Below, in pieces: positions 1 to 9,383 of a stretch of 64,000 nucleotides of DNA. The stretch spans positions 344,971 through 408,970 of the forward strand of contig OZ246413.1 of NCBI GenBank assembly GCA_965231085.1, read 5' to 3'. The notes beneath the pieces are model-generated. The model did no database searches and was not told the DNA's origin. It saw nothing but the letters and a program-made list of their open reading frames with translations. Within the stretch, counting starts at the first letter, position 1; each line of letters opens with the position of its first letter. The position numbers and the translations under genes are program-made. Source of the DNA: an uncultured Candidatus Saccharibacteria bacterium (GTDB lineage Bacteria > Patescibacteriota > Saccharimonadia > Saccharimonadales > UBA10212).

Positions 1-1838
1 CGCTGCTGGTTAGAACCCATCAGTGAGCGAAGCACATAGTTCTTCTCGATAAACGGAATTAGGCCGGCACTAGAGCCGATAGTCTGGCTTAGTGAAGAGT
101 CGATATAACCAACTTCGTTAGCGTCAACCTCACCTGGTTCAAGTCGAATGCGAGCACTAACGCGCTCATTAACAAAATATCCGTCCTTGCCAACTTCGTT
201 ACCGGCACCTGCGATTGTTGACTGTTCCTCTTCAGCAGCGTCCAGGTAAACAATCTTGTCTGTAACCTTGGCTTTAACTGGCCAAGTGGCTTTAGTTTTT
301 ACTTCGGCTAGCTTTTTAGCAGCCGCCTCAGTAATAACTGCGCCTTTTTTAACAATTACTTTATCTTTGGCATCTGTTAGGTCGGCGCTAGCTATATGAC
401 CAACAGCCTCCTTAGCAGTTACAGCGTTAATAACTTTTCTATATGGGGTTTCGATAAAACCATATTCATTGATCCGAGCAAAACCGGCTAGGTTAAGCAC
501 CAGGCCAATGTTGGCGCCTTCTGGGGTTTCAACTGGGCAAATTCGCCCGTAGTGAGTGGCGTGGGCATCACGAACCTCAAAGCCAGCTCGTTCGCGGCTC
601 AAGCCTCCTGGCCCCATTGAGCTAAGACGTCGCTTGTGAGCAAGCTCAGATAGCGGGTTAATCTGATCCATGAACTGCGAAAGCTGAGAACTTGCAAAAA
701 ATTCACGAACAGCCGCTACAACTGGGCGAGCATTGATTAGCTGAGCCGGGGTGACTGTCTCGATTTCGCTCATACTCATTCGGTCTTTGGCGTTGCGCTC
801 CATTCTAAGCAAACCAATACGGAATTGACGCTGCACTAATTCACCAACGAGTTTAACTCGGCGATTAGCTAGTGAGTCAATCTCGTCAGCTGGATCTTGG
901 GTAACATTAAGACGAATGACCTCGGCGATAATAGCTACGAGGTCTTCGATGCGCATTGTTCGGTTTTCGATAGTGTTGGCAACATCAAGATTCAAACGCT
1001 TGTTGATCTTATAGCGACCTACGCGGCCAAAATCAAAGCGTTTGAAGTTGTAGAACATATTTTCTATTAGTCCACGGGCATTATCTACGGTAGCAAGGTC
1101 GCCTGGGCGTAGTCGGCGGTAAACTTCGATAAGTGCTTCGTTGGTGGTTTTGGTTGGATCCTTGGCAATTGTAGTATCAATGTAGCTAACCGGTCCTTGA
1201 TCAACGTGTTTAAAGGCCTCTTTAATCTGCTCGTTGCTCATACCAAGAGCTCGAAGCAAGGTGGTAACAGCAATTTTTCGCTTGCGATCAATCTTGACGT
1301 TTAGTACGCCAGCTGCCGAGGTTTCAAATTCTAACCAAGCGCCACGAACAGGGATAACTTTGGCACCGTAGATATTCCTACCACTGCTGTGCGGGTCGGC
1401 AGTAAAGAAAACGCCAGATGATCTAATCAACTGGCTTACTACAACGCGTTCTGCACCGTTAATAACAAAAGTACCGCGAGAAGTCATCCACGGGTAGTCA
1501 CCTAAATAAATTTCTTGATCTTTAACTTCGCCAGTTACTTTGTTGGTAAGCTCAACCGTTGCCTTTAACGGGGCTTCAAAGCTAACATTGTTTTCCCGAG
1601 CGTCGTTCTCGGACATTTTTGGGTCTTCAAAATGATACTTTTTGAACTTTATACTTAGCTTTGTGCCAGTGTAGTCATCGATTGGACTAATCTCTGATAA
1701 AAGCTCACCCAGCCCTTCTTCTACGAACCATTTAAAAGACTTATTTTGGTGATCTACTAGGTTTGGTGCCTCTAGTATATCGTCAGATTGTGTAAAGTAC
1801 GTTCGCGCTGAGCTAGCAGCAGCCGTGTTTTTTGCCAT
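1..1838 (-). CDS. rpoB: DNA-directed RNA polymerase beta subunit, N-terminal part (C-terminus beyond window start)
   Basis: Reverse-strand translation from the ATG (complement of 1836-1838) reads MAKNTAAASSARTYFTQSDDILEAPNLVDHQNKSFKWFVEEGL... and runs without a stop to position 1. Typical RpoB blocks are present (GLIPFIEKNYVLRSLMGSNQQR at the window edge). RBS AAGGGAGAG lies upstream. The ORF is absent from the supplied track because it is truncated by the window. Confidence 0.85.
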   Translation of the reverse strand, partial: MAKNTAAASSARTYFTQSDDILEAPNLVDHQNKSFKWFVEEGLGELLSEISPIDDYTGTKLSIKFKKYHFEDPKMSENDARENNVSFEAPLKATVELTNKVTGEVKDQEIYLGDYPWMTSRGTFVINGAERVVVSQLIRSSGVFFTADPHSSGRNIYGAKVIPVRGAWLEFETSAAGVLNVKIDRKRKIAVTTLLRALGMSNEQIKEAFKHVDQGPVSYIDTTIAKDPTKTTNEALIEVYRRLRPGDLATVDNARGLIENMFYNFKRFDFGRVGRYKINKRLNLDVANTIENRTMRIEDLVAIIAEVIRLNVTQDPADEIDSLANRRVKLVGELVQRQFRIGLLRMERNAKDRMSMSEIETVTPAQLINARPVVAAVREFFASSQLSQFMDQINPLSELAHKRRLSSMGPGGLSRERAGFEVRDAHATHYGRICPVETPEGANIGLVLNLAGFARINEYGFIETPYRKVINAVTAKEAVGHIASADLTDAKDKVIVKKGAVITEAAAKKLAEVKTKATWPVKAKVTDKIVYLDAAEEEQSTIAGAGNEVGKDGYFVNERVSARIRLEPGEVDANEVGYIDSSLSQTIGSSAGLIPFIEKNYVLRSLMGSNQQ

Positions 1839-1995
1839 TAAAAACAGCTCTCCCTTATATTTTTAATTGATATCGCTCTTGCCTAAGCGAAGCCCACTAC
1901 GTTCGGAGTTGCCAATATAATTAGTTATAATCACGCGCAATCACCAAAGTACACTACTTCTTAAGGTAAGATTGTGAGCCAAGAGAGTTAATGTG

Positions 1996-2613
1996 TCAAG
2001 ACTTTTTTCGAAGTCTCTTCATCAATGCAGCAGCCGAGTCAATATCATAGAAGGCCATAGGAATAACCACGCCTGAGACTTCTTGCTCTCCATAACCTGC
2101 AAAATTTAGTCCAACAGATTCATAGAAGGCTCTACCGGTTGGGTACCCAGCCGAAAGAGCTGCCTCAACCGGTACGTGCTCGTCGGCTAGCATAACCATT
2201 CGCCTTAAGACTGCCCGTCCGAGCCCAGCGCCTCTAAAACTTAAACCTGTATGTACTTCTAGTATACGCAGGACTTGGCCAGTCTCGGTTTCGCTTATCT
2301 GACCTTTTGCTAAAGCAACAACTCTAGTGATGGGTGTGCTGGTGGTCCCCAGAGCGGGAGTTTTAGCTGTGGCTACCACCGTCGGCTGCTCTGGGTCAGG
2401 GTTTGACTCAACTGCTCTGACTAACTTGAGCCGCTGAGTCTCGTTCCTCGGGCTAGCCAGTTGATCCAGCTGTTCTGTGTCCAATAGACCATCGTATATT
2501 TCACCGTTGCCCGCTCGCTCAAGAGATAACATCTGCCAGGCAACATCGGTCGGTCGCATATTGACATACTGAGGTGGAGCAACTTCGAGTTCTTCGATTT
2601 TACTGGCTGCCAT
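1996..2613 (-). CDS. GNAT family N-acetyltransferase
   Basis: 205 aa. The C-terminal half carries the acetyl-CoA binding signature (LRILEVHTGLSFRGAGLGRAVLRRM ... YESVGL) typical of GNAT enzymes. Confidence 0.55.
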   Translation of the reverse strand: MAASKIEELEVAPPQYVNMRPTDVAWQMLSLERAGNGEIYDGLLDTEQLDQLASPRNETQRLKLVRAVESNPDPEQPTVVATAKTPALGTTSTPITRVVALAKGQISETETGQVLRILEVHTGLSFRGAGLGRAVLRRMVMLADEHVPVEAALSAGYPTGRAFYESVGLNFAGYGEQEVSGVVIPMAFYDIDSAAALMKRLRKKS

Positions 2614-2627
2614 TTATACACCCGATA

Positions 2628-3221
2628 CTATCGGTGGGCGATGACCTTGTCAACCAGACCATATTCCTTGGCCTCTTTGGCGGTCATCCAGTAGTCACGC
2701 TCAACGTCTTTTTCTATCTTTGATAAGCTTTGCCCAGTGTTCTTGGCAAGTATTTCATTTAGGAGCTTCTTGATACGCAATCCTTCTTTAAGGTCTATCT
2801 CCATATCTGTAACTTTTCCTTGAGTACCAGCCGATGGTTGGTGGATCATAACGGTGGCATTTGGCAATAGCAAACGCTTGCCCTTAGTGCCTGAACTCAA
2901 TAAGAAGGCTGCAGCCGAAGCCTGCACGCCGATTCCAACTGTCTGGATATCGCACTTCACATATTGCATCGTGTCATAAATGGCTAAGGCATCATAGGCA
3001 CTACCGCCCGGACTGTTTATATAAAAAATGATGTCTTTCTTGGGATCCTGATTTTCCAAAAATAACATTTGGGCAACAACTAGGTTCGCAGTGTGCTCGT
3101 TTACCTGCTCGCCTAGAAAGATAACCCTATCTTTGAGTAAACGACTGTATATATCGTAGGCTCGCTCCATCCGACCGTCAGACTCGATCACAGTTGGCAC
3201 TAATGTTGAGAACTTATTCAT
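2628..3221 (-). CDS. clpP: ATP-dependent Clp protease proteolytic subunit
   Basis: 197 aa with strong ClpP similarity ([34 protein letters not shown] with catalytic Ser, MIHQP with His, later Asp). Confidence 0.9.
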   Translation of the reverse strand: MNKFSTLVPTVIESDGRMERAYDIYSRLLKDRVIFLGEQVNEHTANLVVAQMLFLENQDPKKDIIFYINSPGGSAYDALAIYDTMQYVKCDIQTVGIGVQASAAAFLLSSGTKGKRLLLPNATVMIHQPSAGTQGKVTDMEIDLKEGLRIKKLLNEILAKNTGQSLSKIEKDVERDYWMTAKEAKEYGLVDKVIAHR

Positions 3222-3243
3222 ATATAAATATTGTATTTATTTA

Positions 3244-3267
3244 GCACTCGCTAGTCAAGAGTGCCAA
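3244..3267. repeat. Hairpin GCACTC-N9-GAGTGCCAA; copy 1 of a shared AGTCAAGAGTGCCAA element
   Basis: Inverted repeat GCACTC/GAGTGC sits downstream of tig and shares the 15-mer AGTCAAGAGTGCCAA with the hairpin at 26367-26393. Confidence 0.4.
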
Positions 3268-3312
3268 GTTGCTCACTTGCCCCTTACCAAAGATTTTATA
3301 ATAATGTCAATA

Positions 3313-4593
3313 CTATTTCGTGGCGTATTGTTTGAGCTTGGTTAAAGTCTTTTCTGTTAGAATCCGAGCTGCAATGTCCTGGCGATTCTCAGGCTTATCA
3401 AGCTCTTCGCGCATCTTTGAGTCAGTGTACTGTTGCTTTAGAGTATTGATTCGTTCTTCAAGCTCGGCCGGCGTGATTTCGACCTTTTCAATCTCAGAAA
3501 TCTCGCTAAGAATTAAACTTGCCTTTACGCGCTCCTGGGCATCTGGGCGATTACGCTCCCGATGCTGATTTTCAGTTACGCCTTCTTGTTTAAGATGCTC
3601 TTCCCACGTAATTCCCTTATACATTAGATTTCGCTTTTCTTCTTCTTCACCACGGCGTATTTGGTCTTCAATCAGAACTTCTGGTATGGCGACTTCGGAC
3701 TTATCAGAAATTTTTCTTACCAGCTGACTTTCATAATCACGTTCAGCCTGCCACTTTTTTTCTTCTAGAAGCTGTTTTTTAATGTCTGCCTTCATCTCCG
3801 CTACAGTTTTAAACGGCCCGGTTTTGGCCGCAAAAGCGTCATCAACTTTAGGTTCAATAAGTTCCCTAACCTGTTTTATATCAACCTTAAATTTAACCTT
3901 CTTGGACTGGAGCTCCTTGGCTTGATAGTCCGCTGGGAAGGTTATGGTGAACTCTTTAGTTTCTTTAGGTTTTAGGCCGATTAATTCCTCTTCAAAACCA
4001 GGTATAAAGGTCTTACTGCCAACTTTTAACTCGTAGTCTCTGCCCTCTGCTCCAGCAATCGGCTCGCCCTTAAGGTCACTGCCGTAAAAATCTATTACCG
4101 CCTCATCCCCTTTTTTTATGGCTCGGTTGACTTCTGTCTTTTCAGCCAGTCTAGCCTGCATCTTTTTTATAATGTCAGCAACTTCTGCCGCTGTAACCTC
4201 AACTTTAGGAATGGCTAATTTTATGGCCTTGTAGTTTGCTAGTTTAACCTTACCAACCACTTCTTGTTGTGACTCAAACTCTAAGTCCGTAAATGGTACA
4301 AATTTCTTAACAGATAAATTAGGGCTGCCGATTGGCCGTAAGTTTTCTTGATCGATGGCTTTTCTGTATAAATCGTTTATTGCATGATCTAAAAACTCGT
4401 CCAACAGGGCCCGCTGGTCAAGATGTTTCTCGACAAGGTTAATGGGCGCAGTACCAGGTCTAAAACCAGGAACCTTAACCGTCGCTGCAAAATGCTTTAA
4501 AACATGCCCCTTAATTGGAGCAAGGTCTTTAGCGTCTGCTTTAATATTAATAGTAAGTTTGGTCTGATTGATCTCTGTTAAAGTTATCTGCAT
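3313..4593 (-). CDS. tig: Trigger factor (ribosome-associated chaperone/PPIase)
   Basis: 426 aa showing N-terminal ribosome-binding, FKBP-like middle and C-terminal arm organisation (VKVPGFRPGTAP..., KVGSKTFIPGFEEELIGLK). Confidence 0.85.
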   Translation of the reverse strand: MQITLTEINQTKLTINIKADAKDLAPIKGHVLKHFAATVKVPGFRPGTAPINLVEKHLDQRALLDEFLDHAINDLYRKAIDQENLRPIGSPNLSVKKFVPFTDLEFESQQEVVGKVKLANYKAIKLAIPKVEVTAAEVADIIKKMQARLAEKTEVNRAIKKGDEAVIDFYGSDLKGEPIAGAEGRDYELKVGSKTFIPGFEEELIGLKPKETKEFTITFPADYQAKELQSKKVKFKVDIKQVRELIEPKVDDAFAAKTGPFKTVAEMKADIKKQLLEEKKWQAERDYESQLVRKISDKSEVAIPEVLIEDQIRRGEEEEKRNLMYKGITWEEHLKQEGVTENQHRERNRPDAQERVKASLILSEISEIEKVEITPAELEERINTLKQQYTDSKMREELDKPENRQDIAARILTEKTLTKLKQYATK

Positions 4594-4612
4594 ATCTGGA
4601 GGATTATAGTGC

Positions 4613-5908
4613 CTAAAGCGGCTTATGTACAGATAGCTTACTAATAATTTCGTCTATGCTTAATGTTTGCTCTTCGCCCTTATCGAGATCTCTCAATTTA
4701 ATTTTGCCCGAGTCAATCTCGGATTCACCCAAGAAAATTGCGTATCTTACACCACTTTTAACGGCACTTTTTATCTGGTGGTCAAGCTTGCGACCGGAGT
4801 TATCAACCGCAATCTTCAACCCAGCATCGCGAAGTTGACCAAGCTGTTTTTGCACCTTAGCGTATACGTCACCAATTAATATGGCCGTAATATGCGTCTC
4901 GGGTTTAAGCTTAGGCAAAAGTTTGTGAGTTTCTAAAAAGTTCTGCAGGGTAACATCGCCCATGCCAAAACCAACGGTCGCAACTGATTCAACCCCGAAC
5001 AAACCAACTAATCCATCGTAGCGGCCGCCACCAAACATAGATCTAATGTTCTCCGGGTTTGTATCAAAGACCTCGAAGACTATATCTGTGTAGTAATCCA
5101 TACCCCTGACAATTGAGGTGTCAAAAACGGCTTCAGTAATCCCGGATTCTTTGAGTAGATTGAACAATTTTTTCAAGTCGCTGACGGATGGGTGTGAGCT
5201 AACCGACGACGGTAAAGCCTCGACATTTGGACAATGTAAATATTCGATAAGCTGTGCAACATGATTAGCGTCTTTCAATAGATCTTGAGCCTCTTCTACA
5301 AAAGCCTCGCGAGGCATCTTATGTTTTCGGTCAATTAGCTTTTGAGCGGTAATAGAGTCCGCTTTTGATAACTTTAGGTGATCATTTAGAAAGTGATCTG
5401 TAAGTTTACGGCTACTAATTCTTATAACGTAACTGTCTTCTGGGGCCTTAAATGTCCTTAAAATTGAATTAGCAACGGCTATAATCTCATGATCTCCCTC
5501 CACACCCGATATACCAAATAGATCGACATTTAATTGCCAGTGTTCCCTGAGTCTGCCACGCTGCGGCCGCTCATAGCGCCAAAGATTAGGAATACTATAC
5601 CAGCGCAAGGGATATGATAATTCTTGACGGCGAGCAGCTACCATACGGCTAACAGAAGGAGTCATTTCAGGTCGAATCGCTACCTTGCGACCACCTCTAT
5701 CTTCAAACGAATATATTTGATCTCGTATAATCTCCTCGCCTGTCTTGGCTAGATAAATCTCCAGCGGCTCAATTATCGGCGCGTCGTACTCCTGGTAGCC
5801 ATAGCTCTCAACAACGTCGCGCAGTACTGAAAATATATATTTTTGAGCAGCTTTATCCTCGGGGTAAAAGTCGCGTGTGCCCTTATACGGTTGTTTATTT
5901 AAACTCAT
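4613..5908 (-). CDS. hisS: Histidyl-tRNA synthetase
   Basis: 431 aa with class II aaRS motifs and HisRS-specific blocks (KGTRDFYPED, RYERPQRGRLREHWQLNVDLFG, GGGRYDGL). Confidence 0.9.
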   Translation of the reverse strand: MSLNKQPYKGTRDFYPEDKAAQKYIFSVLRDVVESYGYQEYDAPIIEPLEIYLAKTGEEIIRDQIYSFEDRGGRKVAIRPEMTPSVSRMVAARRQELSYPLRWYSIPNLWRYERPQRGRLREHWQLNVDLFGISGVEGDHEIIAVANSILRTFKAPEDSYVIRISSRKLTDHFLNDHLKLSKADSITAQKLIDRKHKMPREAFVEEAQDLLKDANHVAQLIEYLHCPNVEALPSSVSSHPSVSDLKKLFNLLKESGITEAVFDTSIVRGMDYYTDIVFEVFDTNPENIRSMFGGGRYDGLVGLFGVESVATVGFGMGDVTLQNFLETHKLLPKLKPETHITAILIGDVYAKVQKQLGQLRDAGLKIAVDNSGRKLDHQIKSAVKSGVRYAIFLGESEIDSGKIKLRDLDKGEEQTLSIDEIISKLSVHKPL

Positions 5909-6100
5909 TATCAGTCAATTATATCTTAAGCCGTAAACAGTGAACAGCCACACCTTGTGCATTTAGCCTGTTGATTATATAATTTCGGCATCTTTGTTGA
6001 GGTAAATGTTTCACACCTGAAGTTCGCTTCCAAAGATGTACATTTTGGCAAGCAGACAAAGACCAGATCGCAATCCGACCACAAGATTGGAGGATCCGAA

Positions 6101-6349
6101 ATGGCAGTAGACGTATTAACCGACCTGGAAGCACTGAAGCACAGGCGCCTGGCGGACAGCTACCGGCTCGGCAGCTGCACGGCCATCGTCGAGCGCGGCG
6201 AGTTCTGCGGGCGGCCCAATGTCCGTACCAGTGGGCAGGGTCACACCTGCGTGTCGGAGCACGCCTGCCAGGCGTGTGGCCGCGAACCAAGCGCTGCCGG
6301 CCCGAGGTGCAAGATGTGCCCGGCTTACGGTGAAGATCATGGCGAGTGA
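6101..6349 (+). CDS. Hypothetical small Cys-rich protein (82 aa), high-GC island
   Basis: RBS GGAGGA lies 6 nt upstream of the ATG and third-codon positions are strongly GC-biased. Seven Cys include CQAC and CKMC pairs (zinc-ribbon-like). The stop overlaps the next start (ATCATGGCGAGTGA). Confidence 0.45.
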   Translation: MAVDVLTDLEALKHRRLADSYRLGSCTAIVERGEFCGRPNVRTSGQGHTCVSEHACQACGREPSAAGPRCKMCPAYGEDHGE

Positions 6350-6806
6350 CTCAGACGCTCTCGCACGGGGGTTCGATCTCGAGCTCTTCGGTGGCACCGG
6401 TGGGCCTCGCCCCTACGCCAGCCCGGCCTTGGACACGTCCAAGTGGATTCCATGGCCGGCCGGCCCCGGGCTGTGCGACCGCTGTGGCAAGCATGCCGAG
6501 CAGCGAGCCAAGTCGATCATCTTCCATGATGATCGGGAGGAAGAGTACGTCGGCTACTGCCAGGCGTGCTGTGACCGCTTCAAGTGGGAAAAGGCACTCA
6601 GCCAACTCCCGACTGGGCCGATCGTCGTCTTCCCGGGCGATCAGCTACAGCTAGCCACCCTGGTCACGCTCCACGAACTCTTCATCGAGTCGAGGGGCTG
6701 GAAGCGGGTCAACCCTCCCGGCTACTGGAAGAACCCTCGGAGGTTCAGGCCGCCGCTGAAGCTTCACGATGCGGTGCGCTATGAGATCGAGACCGAGTCA
6801 GCCTAG
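6339..6806 (+). CDS. Hypothetical zinc-ribbon-like protein (155 aa; alternative start at 6219 gives 195 aa)
   Basis: Its start is translationally coupled to the upstream ORF and third positions are GC-rich. It carries CDRCGKH...CQACCDRF (CxxC...CxxCC). A perfect 11-bp stem hairpin follows at 6828-6860. Confidence 0.45.
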   Translation: MASDSDALARGFDLELFGGTGGPRPYASPALDTSKWIPWPAGPGLCDRCGKHAEQRAKSIIFHDDREEEYVGYCQACCDRFKWEKALSQLPTGPIVVFPGDQLQLATLVTLHELFIESRGWKRVNPPGYWKNPRRFRPPLKLHDAVRYEIETESA

Positions 6807-6827
6807 CTACACCGCTGACCACCCGAC

Positions 6828-6868
6828 GTAGAGACGAGTGAACATATGCCTCGTCTCTACTGTTTGCG
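6828..6868 (+). terminator. Intrinsic-terminator-like hairpin after the island's small ORF pair
   Basis: GTAGAGACGAG-tgaacatatgc-CTCGTCTCTAC is followed by TGTTTG. Confidence 0.45.
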
Positions 6869-6937
6869 AGAATAAGTCTGCTTGCCATTAACCTAATTAT
6901 AAAAAGAAACTCTCCATGTTGAGAGTTCATATCCTGT

Positions 6938-7282
6938 ATGGTGGAACTAAACGGAACACTCTCGAACCCTGAAGTACGGGTTGAGGTTCTGGAGCTTTTT
7001 GGCTTGGTTGAGCTGATTCTGACCAGAGGGCCCAGTAGCTCAGAACGTCCTGATCCACCCAAGCGGGCTGGAGAGATCAAGCAAACGGTGATCCATGTGC
7101 TCCAGATGGCCGAGAAGCCAATGAGGGTCATGGACATCCATAGAGCCTGCGAGGAGTACCTAGACAGACCAGTCAACCGGTCTACAGTCTCGGACTGCCT
7201 GATCAAGCACTCAAAGGGACAGAGGCAGTTGTTTGTAGCTACAAGTCGAGGGCTCTACTCGAAAATTGAATTCATCGCCTAA
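6938..7282 (+). CDS. Hypothetical small protein, winged-helix-like (114 aa)
   Basis: Intermediate GC. The helix-turn-wing pattern (IHVLQMAEKPMRVMDIHRACEEYLDRPVNRSTVSDCLIKHSKGQRQLFVATSRGLY) suggests a DNA-binding fold. No confident family assignment. Confidence 0.35.
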   Translation: MVELNGTLSNPEVRVEVLELFGLVELILTRGPSSSERPDPPKRAGEIKQTVIHVLQMAEKPMRVMDIHRACEEYLDRPVNRSTVSDCLIKHSKGQRQLFVATSRGLYSKIEFIA

Positions 7283-7401
7283 AACCACGAACTTGTTCAT
7301 AGTCTTGGGTGAAGCCCCAGGATTAACGTACCTGGGTATTTAAGACCTTGGTGGTCTTACGGCTCTTGCGAGCAATGTTCGAACAGCCGATAACGGAGAG
7401 C

Positions 7402-8079
7402 TCAGGCGCGGCTGGCAGCCACGTACAGCTTGACCTCATCGGCCTTCTCACGGTCGATCTTGCCAGTCTCGATGTAGTGGTCGAGGAGCTGGGAGAGCGT
7501 GAATGCTGAGATGACTCGGATGCCCTCCTCGTCGGTGAGCCACTCCGAGCCTCCCTGCTCACGATCGACCAGCACCAGGAGGTCCCGAACCTCCATGCCA
7601 GCTAGCTCAAGGATCGACACAGCCTCGATCTTGCTGTCGGCCTGGGTGATCAGGTCGTCGACCAGCAGAACCTTGCCGGGCAGATCCCAATTTCCTTCCA
7701 GAAGACCGGCGATCCGTCGTAGGTCTGCGGACTCTTCCTTGTAGAGCCGGATCTGATTCACCGGTGACCACGAGACGAGGCGCTTCATCAGCGCGTCGGC
7801 AAGCGGTTCACCGGCATTCGGGATGCCCGCCACGTACCGAAAGTCGAGACCTTTGTTCAAGTGGATCATCCCATAGAGCAGGTCAGCGATCTGTTCGATC
7901 AGCTCAGGTGTCAGCGGGCCCGGTTTCGGGTTGTCGGGAGTCCGCAGGTTGAGGTAGATCGGCGACAGTGGTGCATCCGGCTGGATCTCATGGAGCTTCA
8001 GTCGGAAAGCGCCGAACTTGATCGCGCCGACCTCGAAAAGCTGGTCGGCGACCGTAGCAAATCTTCCTTCGAGCAACAA
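7402..8079 (-). CDS. pyrE: Orotate phosphoribosyltransferase (type-I PRTase fold)
   Basis: 225 aa. The PRPP-binding motif VLLVDDLITQADSKIEA corresponds to VMLVDDVITAGTAI of E. coli PyrE, and LVLVDREQGG matches LISLDRQERG. The N-terminal KFGAFRLK block is also present. It has a TTG start immediately after the pyrF stop (operon). High GC. Confidence 0.7.
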   Translation of the reverse strand: MLLEGRFATVADQLFEVGAIKFGAFRLKLHEIQPDAPLSPIYLNLRTPDNPKPGPLTPELIEQIADLLYGMIHLNKGLDFRYVAGIPNAGEPLADALMKRLVSWSPVNQIRLYKEESADLRRIAGLLEGNWDLPGKVLLVDDLITQADSKIEAVSILELAGMEVRDLLVLVDREQGGSEWLTDEEGIRVISAFTLSQLLDHYIETGKIDREKADEVKLYVAASRA

Positions 8080-8087
8080 TCCTCCTT

Positions 8088-9068
8088 TCAGATCTGAGCC
8101 AGCACGATCGAGATGTCGTTGTGCATGGCCGAGGTTGCAGACCTCGCGGCTTCGGCGAAGTCCTCGCCATCACTGGCGAAGATGATGCCGCGAGAGCCGT
8201 TGATGATCATGCCCTGGTCGTGGCTGTTGACGCCCGCTCTCACGGACGCTTCCAGCTCCCCGCCTTGAGCCCCGATCCCGGGGATCAAGATAGGCATGTC
8301 GCCGACGATCTTCCGAACCTCAGCCAGTTCGGCAGGGTATGTCGCGCCAACTACGACAGCGCAGTTGCCGTTGTAGTTCCAGCCGCGCGTGATGTTCCTG
8401 GCCACGATCTGATACAGCGGCACTTCGCGCTCTTCGTAGTCGTAGAGCTTGCCCGGGTCGCCTTGCTCAGTGATCCGCAGATCCTGGAACTCGCCGGCAC
8501 CGGGGTTGCTTGTCCGAACGAGGACGATGACACCCTTGTCCATCTGGTCGAGGAACGGCTTCATCGCCTCCATACCGAGGTATGGATGCACCGTCACGGC
8601 GTCAGCGGCCTGAGCCGCCGCAACGTAGCCGGCGTTTGTGTTGCCGATATCGCCCCGCTTGTAGTCGAGGATGACCGGGACCTCGGGCGCTACATTGTGG
8701 ATGTAGTCGATCGTGTCTTTCAGGGCCACCAACCCCGAGAAGCCGAGCGCCTCGTAGAACGCCGAGTTCGGCTTGTACGCGCAGACGAGGTGCTTGGTCG
8801 CGTCGATGATCGCTTCGTTGAAGTCGAGAATCGTGTCGCCGAGGATCTCTGCCATGTCGCCATAGCTCAGACCCTCCGGCAGATCCTCTCCTCGCTGAAG
8901 AACCGCGAAGGCGGCCTGGGCGATCAGCATCTCGTCCACGCTGTACGACCCGCGGCTCTTGATGTGCCGAACGGGCAGCTTCTGGATGTCGCTGTCGAGA
9001 CCGACGCAGACGAACTTGCCCTCAGCCCAACGGGCTTGAAGCAAGTCCATGAAGTTGCGTTGTGACAT
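8088..9068 (-). CDS. pyrF: Orotidine 5'-phosphate decarboxylase, long (type 2, actinobacterial-like) form
   Basis: 326 aa with VGLDSD, DYKRGDIGNT (the D-x-K-x-x-D OMPdecase signature) and ILIPGIGAQGG. RBS GAGGAGA precedes the ATG. High GC. The plus-strand 314-aa ORF over the same DNA is a shadow. Confidence 0.8.
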   Translation of the reverse strand: MSQRNFMDLLQARWAEGKFVCVGLDSDIQKLPVRHIKSRGSYSVDEMLIAQAAFAVLQRGEDLPEGLSYGDMAEILGDTILDFNEAIIDATKHLVCAYKPNSAFYEALGFSGLVALKDTIDYIHNVAPEVPVILDYKRGDIGNTNAGYVAAAQAADAVTVHPYLGMEAMKPFLDQMDKGVIVLVRTSNPGAGEFQDLRITEQGDPGKLYDYEEREVPLYQIVARNITRGWNYNGNCAVVVGATYPAELAEVRKIVGDMPILIPGIGAQGGELEASVRAGVNSHDQGMIINGSRGIIFASDGEDFAEAARSATSAMHNDISIVLAQI

Positions 9069-9101
9069 ATTTCCGCTTCTCCTCTCGTAGTAGTCTGGCT
9101 T

Positions 9102-9153
9102 TTCCAGACCGGATTACTGCCTTCCACGCAGCAAGCACTAATCCAGTCTGGAA
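9102..9153. repeat. Long-range inverted repeat (13-nt arms, 26-nt spacer) in the pyrF 5' leader, with an overlapping alternative local hairpin (9093-9109)
   Basis: TTCCAGACCGGAT ... ATCCAGTCTGGAA. GTCTGG-ctttt-CCAGAC overlaps arm 1, giving mutually exclusive structures. Confidence 0.45.
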
Positions 9154-9233
9154 GAACCCGAAGAGAACTAACAATAAGAACCTGCTTGTCAAAGAATCAT
9201 CAATGGAGCTAAGTGCTCAACAAAGATGACGAG

Positions 9234-9262
9234 ATTATACAATAATCGGCCGGAATACTCAA
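9234..9262 (-). promoter_or_regulatory. Candidate sigma70 promoter for pyrF-pyrE (extended -10)
   Basis: On the minus strand: TTGAGT, a 17-nt spacer, then TGTATAAT. Located about 160 nt upstream of the pyrF ATG. Sequence-only prediction. Confidence 0.35.
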
Positions 9263-9326
9263 CTATTGGTGGGTGTTGTAAGTAACGCTTTTCAGTAAAC
9301 TAACTGCGAATTCTCGAAGACATGAA

Positions 9327-9353
9327 AAATGACCTCGTCTACTGAGGTCATTT
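9327..9353 (-). terminator. Terminator hairpin downstream of tRNA-Leu
   Basis: Perfect 10-bp inverted repeat AAATGACCTC-gtctact-GAGGTCATTT. On the minus strand it is followed by UUUUUCAUGUCUU. Confidence 0.5.
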
Positions 9354-9383
9354 AACTTCTGATAACGATAACCATTACCATTA

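Larger units (their letters stand above)
6050..9100. other. GC-anomalous genomic island (putative horizontally acquired block) adjacent to tRNA-Leu
   Basis: Hand counts on 60-nt samples give about 58-66% GC inside versus about 38-42% in flanking hisS-side and tRNA-side DNA. Coding inside uses GC-rich third positions. The block contains pyrF-pyrE and three small ORFs. Boundaries are approximate. Confidence 0.7.

Noticed and set aside
3320-3568. 82-aa plus-strand ORF inside tig, and similar antisense ORFs inside uvrB (44330-44815), pfkB (48601-48975), pheT (59191-60732), nusA (26652-27072), gatD (15446-15981) and dnaE (several)
   Set aside because: They lie entirely within well-supported genes on the opposite strand, have no independent signals, and give low-complexity translations.
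5919-6806. Multiple overlapping ORFs on both strands in the island (for example 5919-6290 minus, 6116-6397 minus, 6346-6654 plus, 6351-6605 minus, 6584-6784 plus)
   Set aside because: High GC suppresses stop codons. Only the two plus-strand frames with RBS, GC-rich third positions and start-stop coupling were kept. The rest are Arg/Pro/Ala-rich shadows.
7323-8173. Small ORFs 7323-7562 (minus), 7499-7744 (plus), 7764-7952 (plus), 7861-8097 (plus), 7988-8173 (minus) inside or around pyrE
   Set aside because: They overlap the motif-bearing pyrE frame, and their compositionally biased (Ser/Arg-rich) translations indicate non-coding frames.
8121-9065. 314-aa plus-strand ORF overlapping pyrF
   Set aside because: Shadow ORF typical of high-GC DNA. 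The opposite strand encodes a protein with clear OMP-decarboxylase motifs, and this frame is Arg/Ala-rich low complexity.
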